Shown piece by piece: positions 1 through 9,711 of a DNA stretch of 64,000 nt. The stretch covers positions 5,255-69,254 of the forward strand of contig JBQTIE010000295.1 in NCBI GenBank assembly GCA_052389315.1, given 5' to 3'. Below the pieces are notes generated by a model. It ran no database searches, had not been told where the DNA came from, and worked only from the letters and a program-made list of their open reading frames with translations. Made by a program: the position numbers and the translations under genes. How positions within the stretch are numbered: position 1 is the first letter of the stretch; each line of letters opens with the position of its first letter. This DNA comes from Acidobacteriota bacterium. GTDB taxonomy: Bacteria > Acidobacteriota > Vicinamibacteria > Vicinamibacterales > UBA2999.

Positions 1-193
1 TGGACCAGGCAGAGCCGCGAGCCTCGCCGTCCATCCCAGGACGACGGGAATGGTGTTCGACGCGTCTCGCCCCCGAAGCGGGGCCGGCTGTTGCGAGCGC
101 CAACGGCGCCAGAACGCTCGAACGGCGCCGACATGCGGCTGGCGGTACCGAGTCACCCCGACGTGAGGAGCGGCCGCCAAGGGCATTGAGGGG

Positions 194-1762
194 TCAAGGG
201 CCTTCGCCAAGCAGGCTCGTCAAGAACGCTCGCGCCACATCTCGTGGATCCTGCCGCAGCCCGTCCACGGCATGGTTCATCCGCTGCATGGCCGTGGCGT
301 CGATACGCCCCGCCAGCAGCCGGATGGCGTCGTCGAGCTCAGGATAGCGCAGCAGCGTCGCGGCGTGAACCACCGGTACGGCGTCGTACGGCGGAAAGTA
401 GCGGCGATCGTCGGTCAGGGTCGCCAGGTTCAAGGCAGGGATGAGTCCACTCGTGGCATCGCCGGCCGTCACGTCGATCTCTCCGGCGGCCACCGCACGA
501 TAGATGAGATTGAGGTCCATGACGCGTGGGGCGTCGCGGAAGCGGAGCCCATAGGTGCGAGCGAGACCGGCCAGGCCGTCGGGGCGCTCGAGGAACTCGT
601 ACCCAAACCCGGCCGTCGCTCGTGGTGCGACGCGGGCGAAGTCGGAGATCGTTGTCAAGCGCTCGGCCGCTGCGAAGTCCTGTCGCACCAGCACCGCGAA
701 GGTGTTGTTGAAGCCGAGTCCGGGCAGCATGGTGATGCCGCGCGCGGCATACAGATCGCGCACGCGGGCGAAGACCTCGGCCGAGCGCGACTCCGCCCCG
801 GGCGCGGATGCCCCGGGCGCCGAGAGCGCCTGATCGAAGAGGGCGGTCAGCGCCGTGCCTGTGTACTCGACATACACGTCGATGTCGCCCCGCCCGAGCG
901 CTTGATCGCACACGAGCGTCCCGCCGAGGTTCAGCCGCCGGTCCACGCTCAGCCCCGTTTGTCGCTCGATGACCTGGGCCAGCAGTTCGCCCAGGATGAT
1001 CTGCTCAGTGAAGTTCTTCGAGCCCACGACCACCGCGCCGGCAGGCGCAGCCCGAAAGCTCCAGACTCCAACCGCCCCGCCGAGAACCACCATGGCGACG
1101 AGCGCGCGCCTCAGCCTCGGCGTGCCTCGCCGCGGGTCGACCGCGCGCCCGGTGAGGGCCAACAGCCCATCCGCGGCCAGCGCGAGCCCGGCGGCCGGCA
1201 CGGCCCCGGCAAGGATCACGACGGGATCCACCATCGCCAAGCCACGGAAGATGTAATCGCCCAGCCCGCCGGCCCCGATGGCGGAGGCGATGGTTGCCGT
1301 GCCCACGCCCACCACGGTCGCCACTCGGACGCCCGCGAGGATGGCTGGTGCGGCCAGCGGCATTTCGACCTGCCAGAGCACCTGGCGTCGCGTCATGCCC
1401 ATGGCCACCGCGCACTCGAGCACGGCCGGGTCCACGCCCTTCAAGCCGGCCACCGTCGTGCGCACGATGGGCAGCACGGCATACATCGTCAACGCCACGA
1501 GCGCGGTGCGCGTGCCGATGCCGCCGATCAAGGGGAGCGGAATGAGGAACCCGAACAGTGCAAGGCTCGGAATGGTCTGTGCCAGATTCGCGAGCCCCAC
1601 CAGGGGCCGCGCCAGCGTGGGTCGCCTCGCCGCCAGCACGCCGAGGGGAATGCCGATCAGCGCCGCGATGGTCGTCGACGCGACGACGAGGACCAGATGC
1701 TCGCCCAGACGGACGAGCAGCTCGTCTCGGTGCGACGCCGCGAAGGCCACGAGGGCGCTCAT
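194..1762 (-). CDS. ABC transporter permease fused to a periplasmic substrate-binding domain (glycine betaine/choline OpuB/OpuC type)
   Basis: From ORF 194..1834. The N-terminal half is a multi-TM binding-protein-dependent permease (TIPSLALFGFLIPLP, AVAMGMTRRQVLWQVEMPLAAP). The C-terminal half resembles osmoprotectant binding proteins (VVVGSKNFTEQIILGEL, DIDVYVEYTGTAL). Start set to ATG 1762, which overlaps the upstream ATPase stop by 4 nt. Confidence 0.85.
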   Translation of the reverse strand: MSALVAFAASHRDELLVRLGEHLVLVVASTTIAALIGIPLGVLAARRPTLARPLVGLANLAQTIPSLALFGFLIPLPLIGGIGTRTALVALTMYAVLPIVRTTVAGLKGVDPAVLECAVAMGMTRRQVLWQVEMPLAAPAILAGVRVATVVGVGTATIASAIGAGGLGDYIFRGLAMVDPVVILAGAVPAAGLALAADGLLALTGRAVDPRRGTPRLRRALVAMVVLGGAVGVWSFRAAPAGAVVVGSKNFTEQIILGELLAQVIERQTGLSVDRRLNLGGTLVCDQALGRGDIDVYVEYTGTALTALFDQALSAPGASAPGAESRSAEVFARVRDLYAARGITMLPGLGFNNTFAVLVRQDFAAAERLTTISDFARVAPRATAGFGYEFLERPDGLAGLARTYGLRFRDAPRVMDLNLIYRAVAAGEIDVTAGDATSGLIPALNLATLTDDRRYFPPYDAVPVVHAATLLRYPELDDAIRLLAGRIDATAMQRMNHAVDGLRQDPRDVARAFLTSLLGEGP

Positions 1763-2481
1763 CCGAATCGAGTCTCCATCAGCGCACGCACGTGCGGATT
1801 GGCGTGGCTGTCGAGGCCGGCCGGCGTCTCGCACGCCACGATCCGCCCTTCGTGCAGAACGGCGATCCGCGCGGCCAGCGCGAAGGCTTCCGCCAGGTCG
1901 TGCGTCACGAGCAGGACCGCACGAGGTTGCCGCTGCTGAAGCGCCCGGAACTGGCGATGCAGCTCTACGCGCGTGATCGGGTCGAGCGCCCCGAACGGTT
2001 CATCCATGAGCAGTACCGGCGGGTCCGCGGCCAGCGCGCGTGCAAGCCCGACGCGCTGGCGTTGACCGCCCGACAATTGGTCGGGCCATCGCGGACGATA
2101 GGTGCCAGGATCGAGGTCCATGAGCGCGAGCAGCTCGTCCACGCGCGATGCCACGCGCGGGGGGGCCCAGCCGAGCAGGCGCGGCACCAACCCGATGTTG
2201 CCGCCAACGGTCAGGTGGGGAAAGAGCCCGACCTCCTGGATGGCATAGCCGGTCTGGCGCCGCAGCGCCATCGGATCCCAGGTCCTCACGTCGCGGCCAC
2301 CGAGGCGCACTTCACCGGCGTCGGCATACAGCAGGCAGTTGACGAGCTTGAGTAGCGTGGTCTTGCCGCTCCCGCTCTTCCCGACGAGAGCGACGACCTC
2401 GCCTCGTTCGACGGTCAGTGTGATGCCGTCGAGCACGGGCCGGTGTCCTCGCGTGGCGACGACGTCGCGGAACTCGATCAC
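1759..2481 (-). CDS. ABC transporter ATP-binding protein (osmoprotectant uptake type, no C-terminal CBS domains)
   Basis: Walker A GKSGSGKTT, ABC signature LSGGQRQRVGLARAL and Walker B LLMDEPFGALD. The stop overlaps the start of the permease gene. Confidence 0.9.
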   Translation of the reverse strand: MIEFRDVVATRGHRPVLDGITLTVERGEVVALVGKSGSGKTTLLKLVNCLLYADAGEVRLGGRDVRTWDPMALRRQTGYAIQEVGLFPHLTVGGNIGLVPRLLGWAPPRVASRVDELLALMDLDPGTYRPRWPDQLSGGQRQRVGLARALAADPPVLLMDEPFGALDPITRVELHRQFRALQQRQPRAVLLVTHDLAEAFALAARIAVLHEGRIVACETPAGLDSHANPHVRALMETRFG

Positions 2482-2490
2482 GGCGGCTCC

Positions 2491-3180
2491 TCAGAACTCG
2501 GCAAACACGAGCGCGCTCAGCGACAGCCACCCGCGACTGCGATTCTCGAGATCGACACCGCGCCACCGGCGCACGTAGCGTGCTTCGCCGCGAACCCCCG
2601 CCACGCGGCCCCCGCGTGATCCCTCCCGAAGCGACAGCCTCACGCCGGCCCCGCCGTGCAGCGTGCGCCCAGACTCCACGCGGACGCGATCTTCATGCAG
2701 CTGCCTGAGATAGCCCCCGCCACCAATCGCGTACGGTTTCCAGCGGGCGCCAGGGCGGGTGCCTGGAAGCTGGACAACGCCGCTCAGGTCGAGGATGAAC
2801 GTGTCGAGCGCGGAACGGACGTGCACCCCGGATCCGGCTTCGCTGTCCCCCGTAATCTTCACGCCGACAGACGGCCTGGCGTAGCTGGCGCCCACCTCGA
2901 AACCCACGACGCGCGTGAAGGCCCAACCGGCGCGCGCATCGACGGCGGTCACGCCCTCGATGGCCGACTCGGTGCGAAACAGCGTGAACGCGGCCGGCGT
3001 GCCGGCCGTGTTGCGCCGCTGCTGCGCATCGAGCTCCCCGATGCCGTGTGACGACCAACGCCCGATGCCCGCCGAGAGGGACAGCTGCCTCGGACGAGGG
3101 ACCGGCCGGGTTTGAGCGACCGCGTTGGAGGCGATCAGCAGGACCAACCACAGCGCCCACCCCGCGGTGCGCGGGTTCAT
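2491..3180 (-). CDS. outer membrane beta-barrel protein (hypothetical)
   Basis: Signal peptide MNPRTAGWALWLVLLIASNAVAQT, alternating beta-strand-like pattern, and a C-terminal aromatic residue (..ALVFAEF). The start overlaps the matrixin stop (ATGA). Confidence 0.6.
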   Translation of the reverse strand: MNPRTAGWALWLVLLIASNAVAQTRPVPRPRQLSLSAGIGRWSSHGIGELDAQQRRNTAGTPAAFTLFRTESAIEGVTAVDARAGWAFTRVVGFEVGASYARPSVGVKITGDSEAGSGVHVRSALDTFILDLSGVVQLPGTRPGARWKPYAIGGGGYLRQLHEDRVRVESGRTLHGGAGVRLSLREGSRGGRVAGVRGEARYVRRWRGVDLENRSRGWLSLSALVFAEF

Positions 3181-4169
3181 TTGGGTCTCACCGTGACGTC
3201 CACAGGCGGCGGGCTGCCGCCGGCGGGCGCCACCACCACGCGCTCCGCATAGCTGACGCGAAAGTCGACGTCGATCGCTCCGGAAAGAAACGCGTCGGTG
3301 TCGGCGTCGTCCAAGGGTTCGACCCTGAGCACGTACAGGCCGGGGGCGAGGCCCGCGATGGCATACTCACCCGACGCATCGAGGCTGAAGCCGCCGACCA
3401 GCGCACCGGTGGCCAGGTTGAACGCGGCAACGTGAGCGCCGAACACTCCCGTGCCTCCCTTCAGGACGCGGCCGCCGATGCTCCCGCTCATGCGCCTGAA
3501 GTCGCCGGCCGGATAGAGATCGCTGATGCCCGCCTCGTCGTCGGGCTGCAGGACGCGGTCGGCGACCGACCCCGAGCCGAACGCAATCGGAAACATGACG
3601 GCGCCCGACGCGATGACACGGCGCCCTCCGGCCACCAGCTCTGTCTCACCGAGCGCCGAGTGGCCGAGACCCAGCAGGTGCCCAATCTCGTGCACGGCTA
3701 CTGATTCCAGATCGACGCGTCCCGGTTCGCCGGCCGCGGCCGTCGACCACTCGAAGCGTGCGTTGAAGAAGACATCCGCCTCGAGAATCTCGCCGCTTGC
3801 CGAATCGATCAGGAAGCTGGTGGCGCCGAGCACACGATCGAGCTCCGGGCGGTCCAGGAACCCGAGCGTCGAGCGGCCATCCTGCGCGCCAGGAGGCGCA
3901 CTGGTCACGCCGAGAAACTGACTCTGCACCGACGCTGTCGGCACGCGCTGCCACGTCGCAAAGGCGCGCATCACCGCGTCGCGGAACTGCGTGGCGTCGA
4001 CGCCGGGCACACCGCGCTCGGTCACGAAGTACGTCACCGGCCGGGACCATCGAATGGCCACGACGGTTCCGCCGGCGCGGACGCCAAACTTCAGGTACGC
4101 GGACGCGCCTGCCGGCCAACCCACGATCGTGGCGGCGACGATCAAGCCTGCGATCGCTCGACTCATCAT
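3177..4169 (-). CDS. secreted matrixin-family zinc metalloprotease with a C-terminal carboxypeptidase-regulatory-like beta-sandwich
   Basis: Signal peptide, zinc motif HEIGHLLGLGHS, a Met-turn region (GAVMFP) and a C-terminal tail GEYAIAGLAPGLYVLRVEP typical of CarboxypepD_reg-like domains. ATGA overlaps with both neighbouring genes. Confidence 0.75.
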   Translation of the reverse strand: MMSRAIAGLIVAATIVGWPAGASAYLKFGVRAGGTVVAIRWSRPVTYFVTERGVPGVDATQFRDAVMRAFATWQRVPTASVQSQFLGVTSAPPGAQDGRSTLGFLDRPELDRVLGATSFLIDSASGEILEADVFFNARFEWSTAAAGEPGRVDLESVAVHEIGHLLGLGHSALGETELVAGGRRVIASGAVMFPIAFGSGSVADRVLQPDDEAGISDLYPAGDFRRMSGSIGGRVLKGGTGVFGAHVAAFNLATGALVGGFSLDASGEYAIAGLAPGLYVLRVEPLDDADTDAFLSGAIDVDFRVSYAERVVVAPAGGSPPPVDVTVRPK

Positions 4170-4705
4170 GGGTTCCGGTAGGAGCTGATCACGGCGTCGA
4201 AGGCTTCGATCGAGAGCAGCGGTCGGCCCGGCGCGCCGCGCAGGACGCGGCCTCCCTCACTCGCTCGTAGCGGCGGCGGCGACACGCGCCCCTCGCCCGT
4301 CCTCGAGTCTCGTACGACACGGAACACCCCCTGCCCCAGGCCGACCGGGGTCGGGATGGCCGGACCCCGACCCGCCAGAAACAGGACGACGAGGTCGCCC
4401 TCGCGAAAGACCGGCGCGCCAGGTATGACGTGCATGCGGCCTCCTGCCTCCCCCCCTGGCGTGCGAATCATGACCGTCGCCCCCCAATCGCCCTTGAAGT
4501 AGCGCAAGGTCTCGAGGGTCATCACGCTGTCGATGGATCGACGATCGGCGGTCCACTGGCCGCGCACCTCCGCCACGCGCGCCAGGACCACGACCGAGGC
4601 TTCCTCGACGAGCTGCTCGAAGGTCATCGGCACGACCGTCGCCGCGCTCAACGACACGCTCGACAAGGTCCCGACGGCCAGGGCAACCTGCAGGCCTCGC
4701 ATCAT
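4166..4705 (-). CDS. hypothetical secreted protein, homologous to the N-terminal domain of the 39473..41200 protease
   Basis: Signal peptide MMRGLQVALAVGTLSSVSLSAA. No family recognised. By eye it aligns with residues about 45-170 of the 575-aa matrixin protein (..VVVLARVAEV..W..FKG..GG..GDLVVLFL..GLGQGVFRVV.. versus ..DVIVSGRVDGV..W..FKG..GG..GERVLLFL..GLWQGKWQVV..). Confidence 0.55.
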   Translation of the reverse strand: MMRGLQVALAVGTLSSVSLSAATVVPMTFEQLVEEASVVVLARVAEVRGQWTADRRSIDSVMTLETLRYFKGDWGATVMIRTPGGEAGGRMHVIPGAPVFREGDLVVLFLAGRGPAIPTPVGLGQGVFRVVRDSRTGEGRVSPPPLRASEGGRVLRGAPGRPLLSIEAFDAVISSYRNP

Positions 4706-5970
4706 GCGAGTGATCCCTTCTGACGCCCTGTCCGGGGCTCGTCGCCCGCCGAGAGACGCGGAAGCTGTTGATGGGCCCGCTCCCGGCGCGCGACGTCGAG
4801 GATCGCATCCGCCGCTCTTCCGCTCGCACCTGGTCCGCCGAGCCGCTCACGAACGATCTGGAGCTGCGTCTTCATCTCGGCGACCCGCCGGGCGTTGGTC
4901 AACAAGTCCACGGCCTCTCGGGCCACGGCGTCTGGCGTGCAGTGATCTTGAATCAACTCTGTCACGACGCGATCGCCCGCCACGAGATTCACCATGCTGA
5001 ACATCGAGACGCGCACGAGCCGCCGGCCGAGCTGGTAGGTCACTGGCGACAGGCGATAGACCACCGCCATGGGTTTGCCATGCAGGGCCGTCTGAATCGT
5101 CGCGGTTCCGGAGGCGGTCACCACGACGTCGCTGGCCGCCAGCACGTCGTCGGTCTGGCCTTCGACCACGCGAACCTGGGCGCCCACGCCCTGGAATGGC
5201 AGGAAGAACGAATCGGGCAGCTGTGGGGCACGCGCCACCAGGAACTGCGTCCCGTTGACCTCCGACGCGATGCGCGGCATCGCCGCGGCAAGCACCGGCA
5301 CGAGGCGGTGCACCTCATTGGGCCGGCTGCCGGGCAGGAGCGCAACCACCGGCCTCGACGTGTCGAAACCCAGGCGCTCGATGAGGGACTCTCTCGATTC
5401 GCGCACGACCGCAAGATCGACCAGGGGATGGCCGACAAACTCCACGTCGAGGCCCTCGTCGCGGTAGAGCGACTCCTCGAAGGGAAAGATCGGCAGCACG
5501 CGGTCCACGACGGCCTTCATCGTCCGGATGCGACCGGGCCGCCAGGCCCAGAGCTGCGGGCTGACGTAGTACACGACGGGCACGCCGAGCCGGTGGACGG
5601 CGGTCATCAGCCGAAAATTGAAATCCGGGTAATCGACGAGCACGAGCGCGTGCGGACGCTCGGCGCGGGCAGCCCGCACCAGGCGCCGGAGCATCGCATA
5701 GGAGTCCGGCAGCACGCGCAGGGCTTCGACCAGGCCGGTGACCGCCAGCCCGCGACAGTCGCCGACCAGACGGCCGCCGGCGGCCGAGAACCGCTCGCCA
5801 CCCAGGCCAAACACCTCGACGGTCGGCTCTCGTGTGCGGAGCGCCTGCACGAGGGCACCGGCATACAGGTCGCCGGAAGCCTCACCGCACGAGAGCATCA
5901 CTCGCACGGGCGTCGTCGAGGATGGCCCTCGGGGCGCCTCGCGACGCGCGGTGCTCGCCACCCCATTCAC
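4702..5970 (-). CDS. lpxB: lipid-A-disaccharide synthase
   Basis: Typical LpxB sequence (SCGEASGDLYAGALVQAL, DYPDFNFRL, VYYVSPQLWAWRPGRI, PFEESLY). The N-terminal roughly 20 codons may be upstream of the true start. Confidence 0.85.
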   Translation of the reverse strand: MNGVASTARREAPRGPSSTTPVRVMLSCGEASGDLYAGALVQALRTREPTVEVFGLGGERFSAAGGRLVGDCRGLAVTGLVEALRVLPDSYAMLRRLVRAARAERPHALVLVDYPDFNFRLMTAVHRLGVPVVYYVSPQLWAWRPGRIRTMKAVVDRVLPIFPFEESLYRDEGLDVEFVGHPLVDLAVVRESRESLIERLGFDTSRPVVALLPGSRPNEVHRLVPVLAAAMPRIASEVNGTQFLVARAPQLPDSFFLPFQGVGAQVRVVEGQTDDVLAASDVVVTASGTATIQTALHGKPMAVVYRLSPVTYQLGRRLVRVSMFSMVNLVAGDRVVTELIQDHCTPDAVAREAVDLLTNARRVAEMKTQLQIVRERLGGPGASGRAADAILDVARRERAHQQLPRLSAGDEPRTGRQKGSLA

Positions 5971-5976
5971 CCCGGG

Positions 5977-8307
5977 CTACCGAGTCGGGCGGGCGAAGGT
6001 GTCGGGGGCGAACCTGGGGTTGATAATCACCTCGACGAGCACGCGTTCCATCATGACGCGTCCCTGGCGGCGCAGTGAGGACTTGAACGGCACGCGAACA
6101 CCATCGACGCGGCGATAGTCGTCGAACCATTCTTCGACGGTGGGTTCGCCCGTCCCTCTCGCGGCCTGGTAGGCCAGCTTCACGAGCGTGCCGTGCGCGT
6201 CGAAGAACATCGAGACGGGCGCGAGCTGGCGTCCCGACGCCGTCAGCACTTTCAGCACTTGTCCCTGGTGCCCTTCCTCGGGCTTGAGCGTCAGCTCCAC
6301 GAGCCCCGTCGCGGCGGCGCGCAGCAAGGCGATGGGGTCTCGGAGCACGCTCGCATGAAAATCCTTCAGCATCTCGGGCGGCGCCTCACGAATTCCCGCC
6401 GGGTCCTTCAGCCAGCCCTTCCCGTCAGCGTAGATCTGCAAAATCTCCGCGTCGGGCAACCGGGCTTCCACGCGCACGCGATCCGGGTATTCGATCGCCG
6501 TATGCGTCGAGGCCTTCACCGGACCTTCGGGCGTCATGATCGTCGTCGTGGCATCGGCGGTCAGCCGTTTGACCGACGTCAAGGCCTCGAGCCCCCCATG
6601 GGCGTCGATGGCTCTGCCGATAATGGCGTCGACCGAGGCCTGCCCGGGCGTCGCGCGCGAGGGCCCTCCGGACGAGGTCCGCTGATACGACGGCGTCTCG
6701 AGCAGGAGGCGACCAGTCGACGCGACGTCGAATGGCGGACGCGCGCCGGGCCGCGGGCTGCGAGCGCCGGCCTCACCAACGGGGCTGCCCCCCCTCCGCA
6801 GGTCGGCGGCGAGCAGGTCCACCTGGTCGATCGGGATGCGCTCGAACTCGCCGAAGCCAACCCCTTTGAGGTCGTTGACGAACCCATTGGCGTTGCCCAC
6901 GAGCACGACCGCCAGGCGATCGGGCCGGAGGTAGGAGCGCGCCACGCGCTGGACGTCGTCGGGCGACACGCTGCGGACCCGCTCGGGGAACGTCTCCAGT
7001 TCGTCGAGTGGCAGCCCGTAGAAAAGCTGGTTGAGCACCTGGGTCGCAATGGCGTCGGGTGTTTCAATCGTCAACGGAAAATGCCCGGCGAGGTACGCCT
7101 GTGCGCCTTCCAGCTCGCCTTCGTAGACACGTTCGCGCTGGAGCTTCTGGAACTCGTCAATGGTCAGCCGCAGCACCTCGGCGGTCGCATCCGTTCGCGT
7201 GTCCGTTTCGGCGACGACGCCGCCCGCCGTCTTGTAGCTGTCCAGGTCGGCTGACGCACCGTAGGTCAGCCCGCGCTGGGACCGCAGGACCTGCTGCAGG
7301 CGGTTGGCGCCTTCGCCGCCGAGAATCTTGATGGCCTGGTCGAGCGCCATGAAATCATCGTGCCGCCGCGGGATTCCGATCTGGCCGACCCGGATCTCGG
7401 TCTGCACCGCGTCCGGCTTGTCGATCACGACGACCCGTCTGGTGGGCGGCGGCGGCTCGATGGGCGTGAACGGCGGCACGTCGCGTCTCGCCCAGTCATC
7501 GAACGTCTTGCGCAGCTGGTCCAGCGCCTCGTCTGCGCTCACGTCGCCGACAATCGCGAGCAGGGCGTTGTTCGGTACGTAGTAGCGGCGATGGAAGTCG
7601 GCGATGTCGTCTCGCGTCAGGGACCCAATCGACTCCGGGGTGCCGTTGCCCGGCAGTCCGTACGGGTGAAACCCGTAGACCAGCCGGTCGATCACCTGAT
7701 TGGCGACGGTATTGGGATCCTCCGCCGCCACGCGCAGCCCCGAGAGCGCCTGCTGACGTTGTCGCTCCAACTCTTGGGGCGCAAGGGTCGGTCGGCGCAC
7801 CACGTCCGACAGCAGCCGCAAGGCCAACGGCAGGCTGTCCTTCATCACGATGGCGTTGACGAAGGTCAGGTCCGTCCCTGCCCCCGTGCCGAGAATGCCG
7901 CCGATGAAGTCGATCGAGTCGGCGATTTGCTCGGCCGTGCGGTCGCCGGCGCCCTGATCGAGCAGCGCCGCCGTCAACATGGCCAGACCCATCTTCCCCT
8001 TGGGATCCTGCGCCGCGCCCGCCCGAATCAACATCCGGACGCTCACCGCCGGCTGTTCGTGATGGCTGACGAGCACGACCTGAAGGCCGTTGGCCAGCGT
8101 GCGAATCTCATAGGGTGGAAACTTGACGGCCCGTGAGGGCAGGGGCCGCGGAGGCCGCTCAGTCGGCCACTGCCGCACCTGTTGCGTCGCCTGACGCGCC
8201 GAGGTGCGGTGCGTATCGGCCGTGGCGGGGACGCTGGCGCAAAGCAGCGCCGAGCTGAGTCCGAGCACTCCGTACGCCAGCCAGACGCGCAGCCCGAGCG
8301 CCATCAT
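5977..8307 (-). CDS. M16-family peptidase-like protein (non-catalytic subunit type) with a C-terminal extension of roughly 270 aa
   Basis: Insulinase-fold sequence without HxxEH at the expected position (GLAMLTAALLDQG). At 776 aa it is far longer than the usual roughly 450 aa. The C-terminal third (..TTTIMTPEGPVKASTHTAIEYPDRVRVEARLPDAEILQIYADGKGWLKDP..) looks like a LolA-like beta-fold by pattern only. Confidence 0.75.
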   Translation of the reverse strand: MMALGLRVWLAYGVLGLSSALLCASVPATADTHRTSARQATQQVRQWPTERPPRPLPSRAVKFPPYEIRTLANGLQVVLVSHHEQPAVSVRMLIRAGAAQDPKGKMGLAMLTAALLDQGAGDRTAEQIADSIDFIGGILGTGAGTDLTFVNAIVMKDSLPLALRLLSDVVRRPTLAPQELERQRQQALSGLRVAAEDPNTVANQVIDRLVYGFHPYGLPGNGTPESIGSLTRDDIADFHRRYYVPNNALLAIVGDVSADEALDQLRKTFDDWARRDVPPFTPIEPPPPTRRVVVIDKPDAVQTEIRVGQIGIPRRHDDFMALDQAIKILGGEGANRLQQVLRSQRGLTYGASADLDSYKTAGGVVAETDTRTDATAEVLRLTIDEFQKLQRERVYEGELEGAQAYLAGHFPLTIETPDAIATQVLNQLFYGLPLDELETFPERVRSVSPDDVQRVARSYLRPDRLAVVLVGNANGFVNDLKGVGFGEFERIPIDQVDLLAADLRRGGSPVGEAGARSPRPGARPPFDVASTGRLLLETPSYQRTSSGGPSRATPGQASVDAIIGRAIDAHGGLEALTSVKRLTADATTTIMTPEGPVKASTHTAIEYPDRVRVEARLPDAEILQIYADGKGWLKDPAGIREAPPEMLKDFHASVLRDPIALLRAAATGLVELTLKPEEGHQGQVLKVLTASGRQLAPVSMFFDAHGTLVKLAYQAARGTGEPTVEEWFDDYRRVDGVRVPFKSSLRRQGRVMMERVLVEVIINPRFAPDTFARPTR

Positions 8308-9665
8308 CGGGCGCCTCCCTTCGGCATGACATGGAGCACGACGCGCCGCGCGGGCGTGAAGTACGTCTGCGCGACCCGTTGCACATCGGCGAGGGAGATG
8401 TTCTGAAAGATGTCGAACTCGCCGTCGGCCGTCTTGATGTCGGAATGAATGACTTCGGCGTGCGCCAGATGGGTGGCCTTGTCCTGGAGCGAATCACGGC
8501 CGAGGATGTAGTCGCGTGCAAACTGGTTCTTGGCCCGCTGCAGCTCACGATCCGAGATCCCGTCCTTCTTGAGCCGATCCAGCTCCCCGATCAATGCCTT
8601 CTCGACCTCCGCCGGCGATCGGCCCGGATTGACGATCGCGACGGCGAAGAACAGGTTGGGGTGCTCGATGATGTTGCCGCTGCCGAATGCGGTGAGCGCG
8701 AGGCCCGTGTCATAGACCAGGCGCCGATAGATGCGCGAACTCTGCCCGTCCGACAACACCTTGGAGACGATGTGCAGCGGATACGAGTCGGGATGGCCGT
8801 CGTAGGTGATGTGATGCGCGACGACGACCGCCGGCAGCGGCCAGGGCTCCTCCACCGTCGTCCGGCGCTCCTTTTTCGACTCTGGCTCTCGAGGAATGTC
8901 GCGCGGCACCGCCTTGGCGGCGGGCGGAACGCGAGCCAGATAGCGCTGCACGAGCTCGGTCGCCTGATCGACGTCGAAGTCGCCGGCGATGACGATGGTG
9001 CAGTTCGCCGGCACATAGTAGGTCTGGTAGAACTCCCGGACGTCGTCGACCGTCGCGGCCTCGAGGTCCTTCATGCTGCCAATCACCGGATGCTTGTAGG
9101 GATGCACGGTGAACGCCGACTCGAAGAGGATCTCGTTGAGGCGGCCGTACGGCTGGTTCTCGATGCGCATGCGACGCTCTTCCTTGACGACGTCGCGCTC
9201 GTTGCGGAACGTCCGATCGTCGATGCGCAGCGTGGCCATCCGGTCGGCCTCCATCCACAGCACGAGCGGCAGGTACTGGGCCGGCACCGTCTGCCAGTAC
9301 ACCGTGGCGTCTTCGGTGGTAAACGCGTTGGCGCGGCCGCCCACCGACGAGACAATCGACGTGTGCTGTTCCGGCTCGACGTTCTTCGAGCCCTTGAACA
9401 TCAGGTGTTCGAACAGATGCGCAAATCCGGTTCGCCCGCTCCGCTCGTCCTTCGAGCCCACGTGATACCAGAGCTGGACGTGCACGATGGGCGTGGACCG
9501 GTCCTGGTGCAGCAGGACCGTCAGGTCGTTGGGCAGGGTGAGGCGCTGGTAGTCGAGCTTGGGCGGCCTGACGGCCGCATCGACGTCCACCCGCCAGGGC
9601 CACACGGCCACGGCGGCCGCCAGCCACACGAGCAGCCACGAAACACGAAATGCAGGATTCGTCAT
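8304..9665 (-). CDS. M16-family zinc peptidase (catalytic subunit type)
   Basis: Inverted zinc motif HLFEH within GFAHLFEHLMFKGSK. Signal/TM segment MTNPAFRVSWLLVWLAAAVAVW. Start moved to ATG 9665 inside ORF 8304..9872. The stop overlaps the next M16 gene. Confidence 0.85.
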   Translation of the reverse strand: MTNPAFRVSWLLVWLAAAVAVWPWRVDVDAAVRPPKLDYQRLTLPNDLTVLLHQDRSTPIVHVQLWYHVGSKDERSGRTGFAHLFEHLMFKGSKNVEPEQHTSIVSSVGGRANAFTTEDATVYWQTVPAQYLPLVLWMEADRMATLRIDDRTFRNERDVVKEERRMRIENQPYGRLNEILFESAFTVHPYKHPVIGSMKDLEAATVDDVREFYQTYYVPANCTIVIAGDFDVDQATELVQRYLARVPPAAKAVPRDIPREPESKKERRTTVEEPWPLPAVVVAHHITYDGHPDSYPLHIVSKVLSDGQSSRIYRRLVYDTGLALTAFGSGNIIEHPNLFFAVAIVNPGRSPAEVEKALIGELDRLKKDGISDRELQRAKNQFARDYILGRDSLQDKATHLAHAEVIHSDIKTADGEFDIFQNISLADVQRVAQTYFTPARRVVLHVMPKGGAR

Positions 9666-9711
9666 GGATCTGACCTGATTATGGCACCGAACCGGACGAG
9701 CCGACGAAGTC

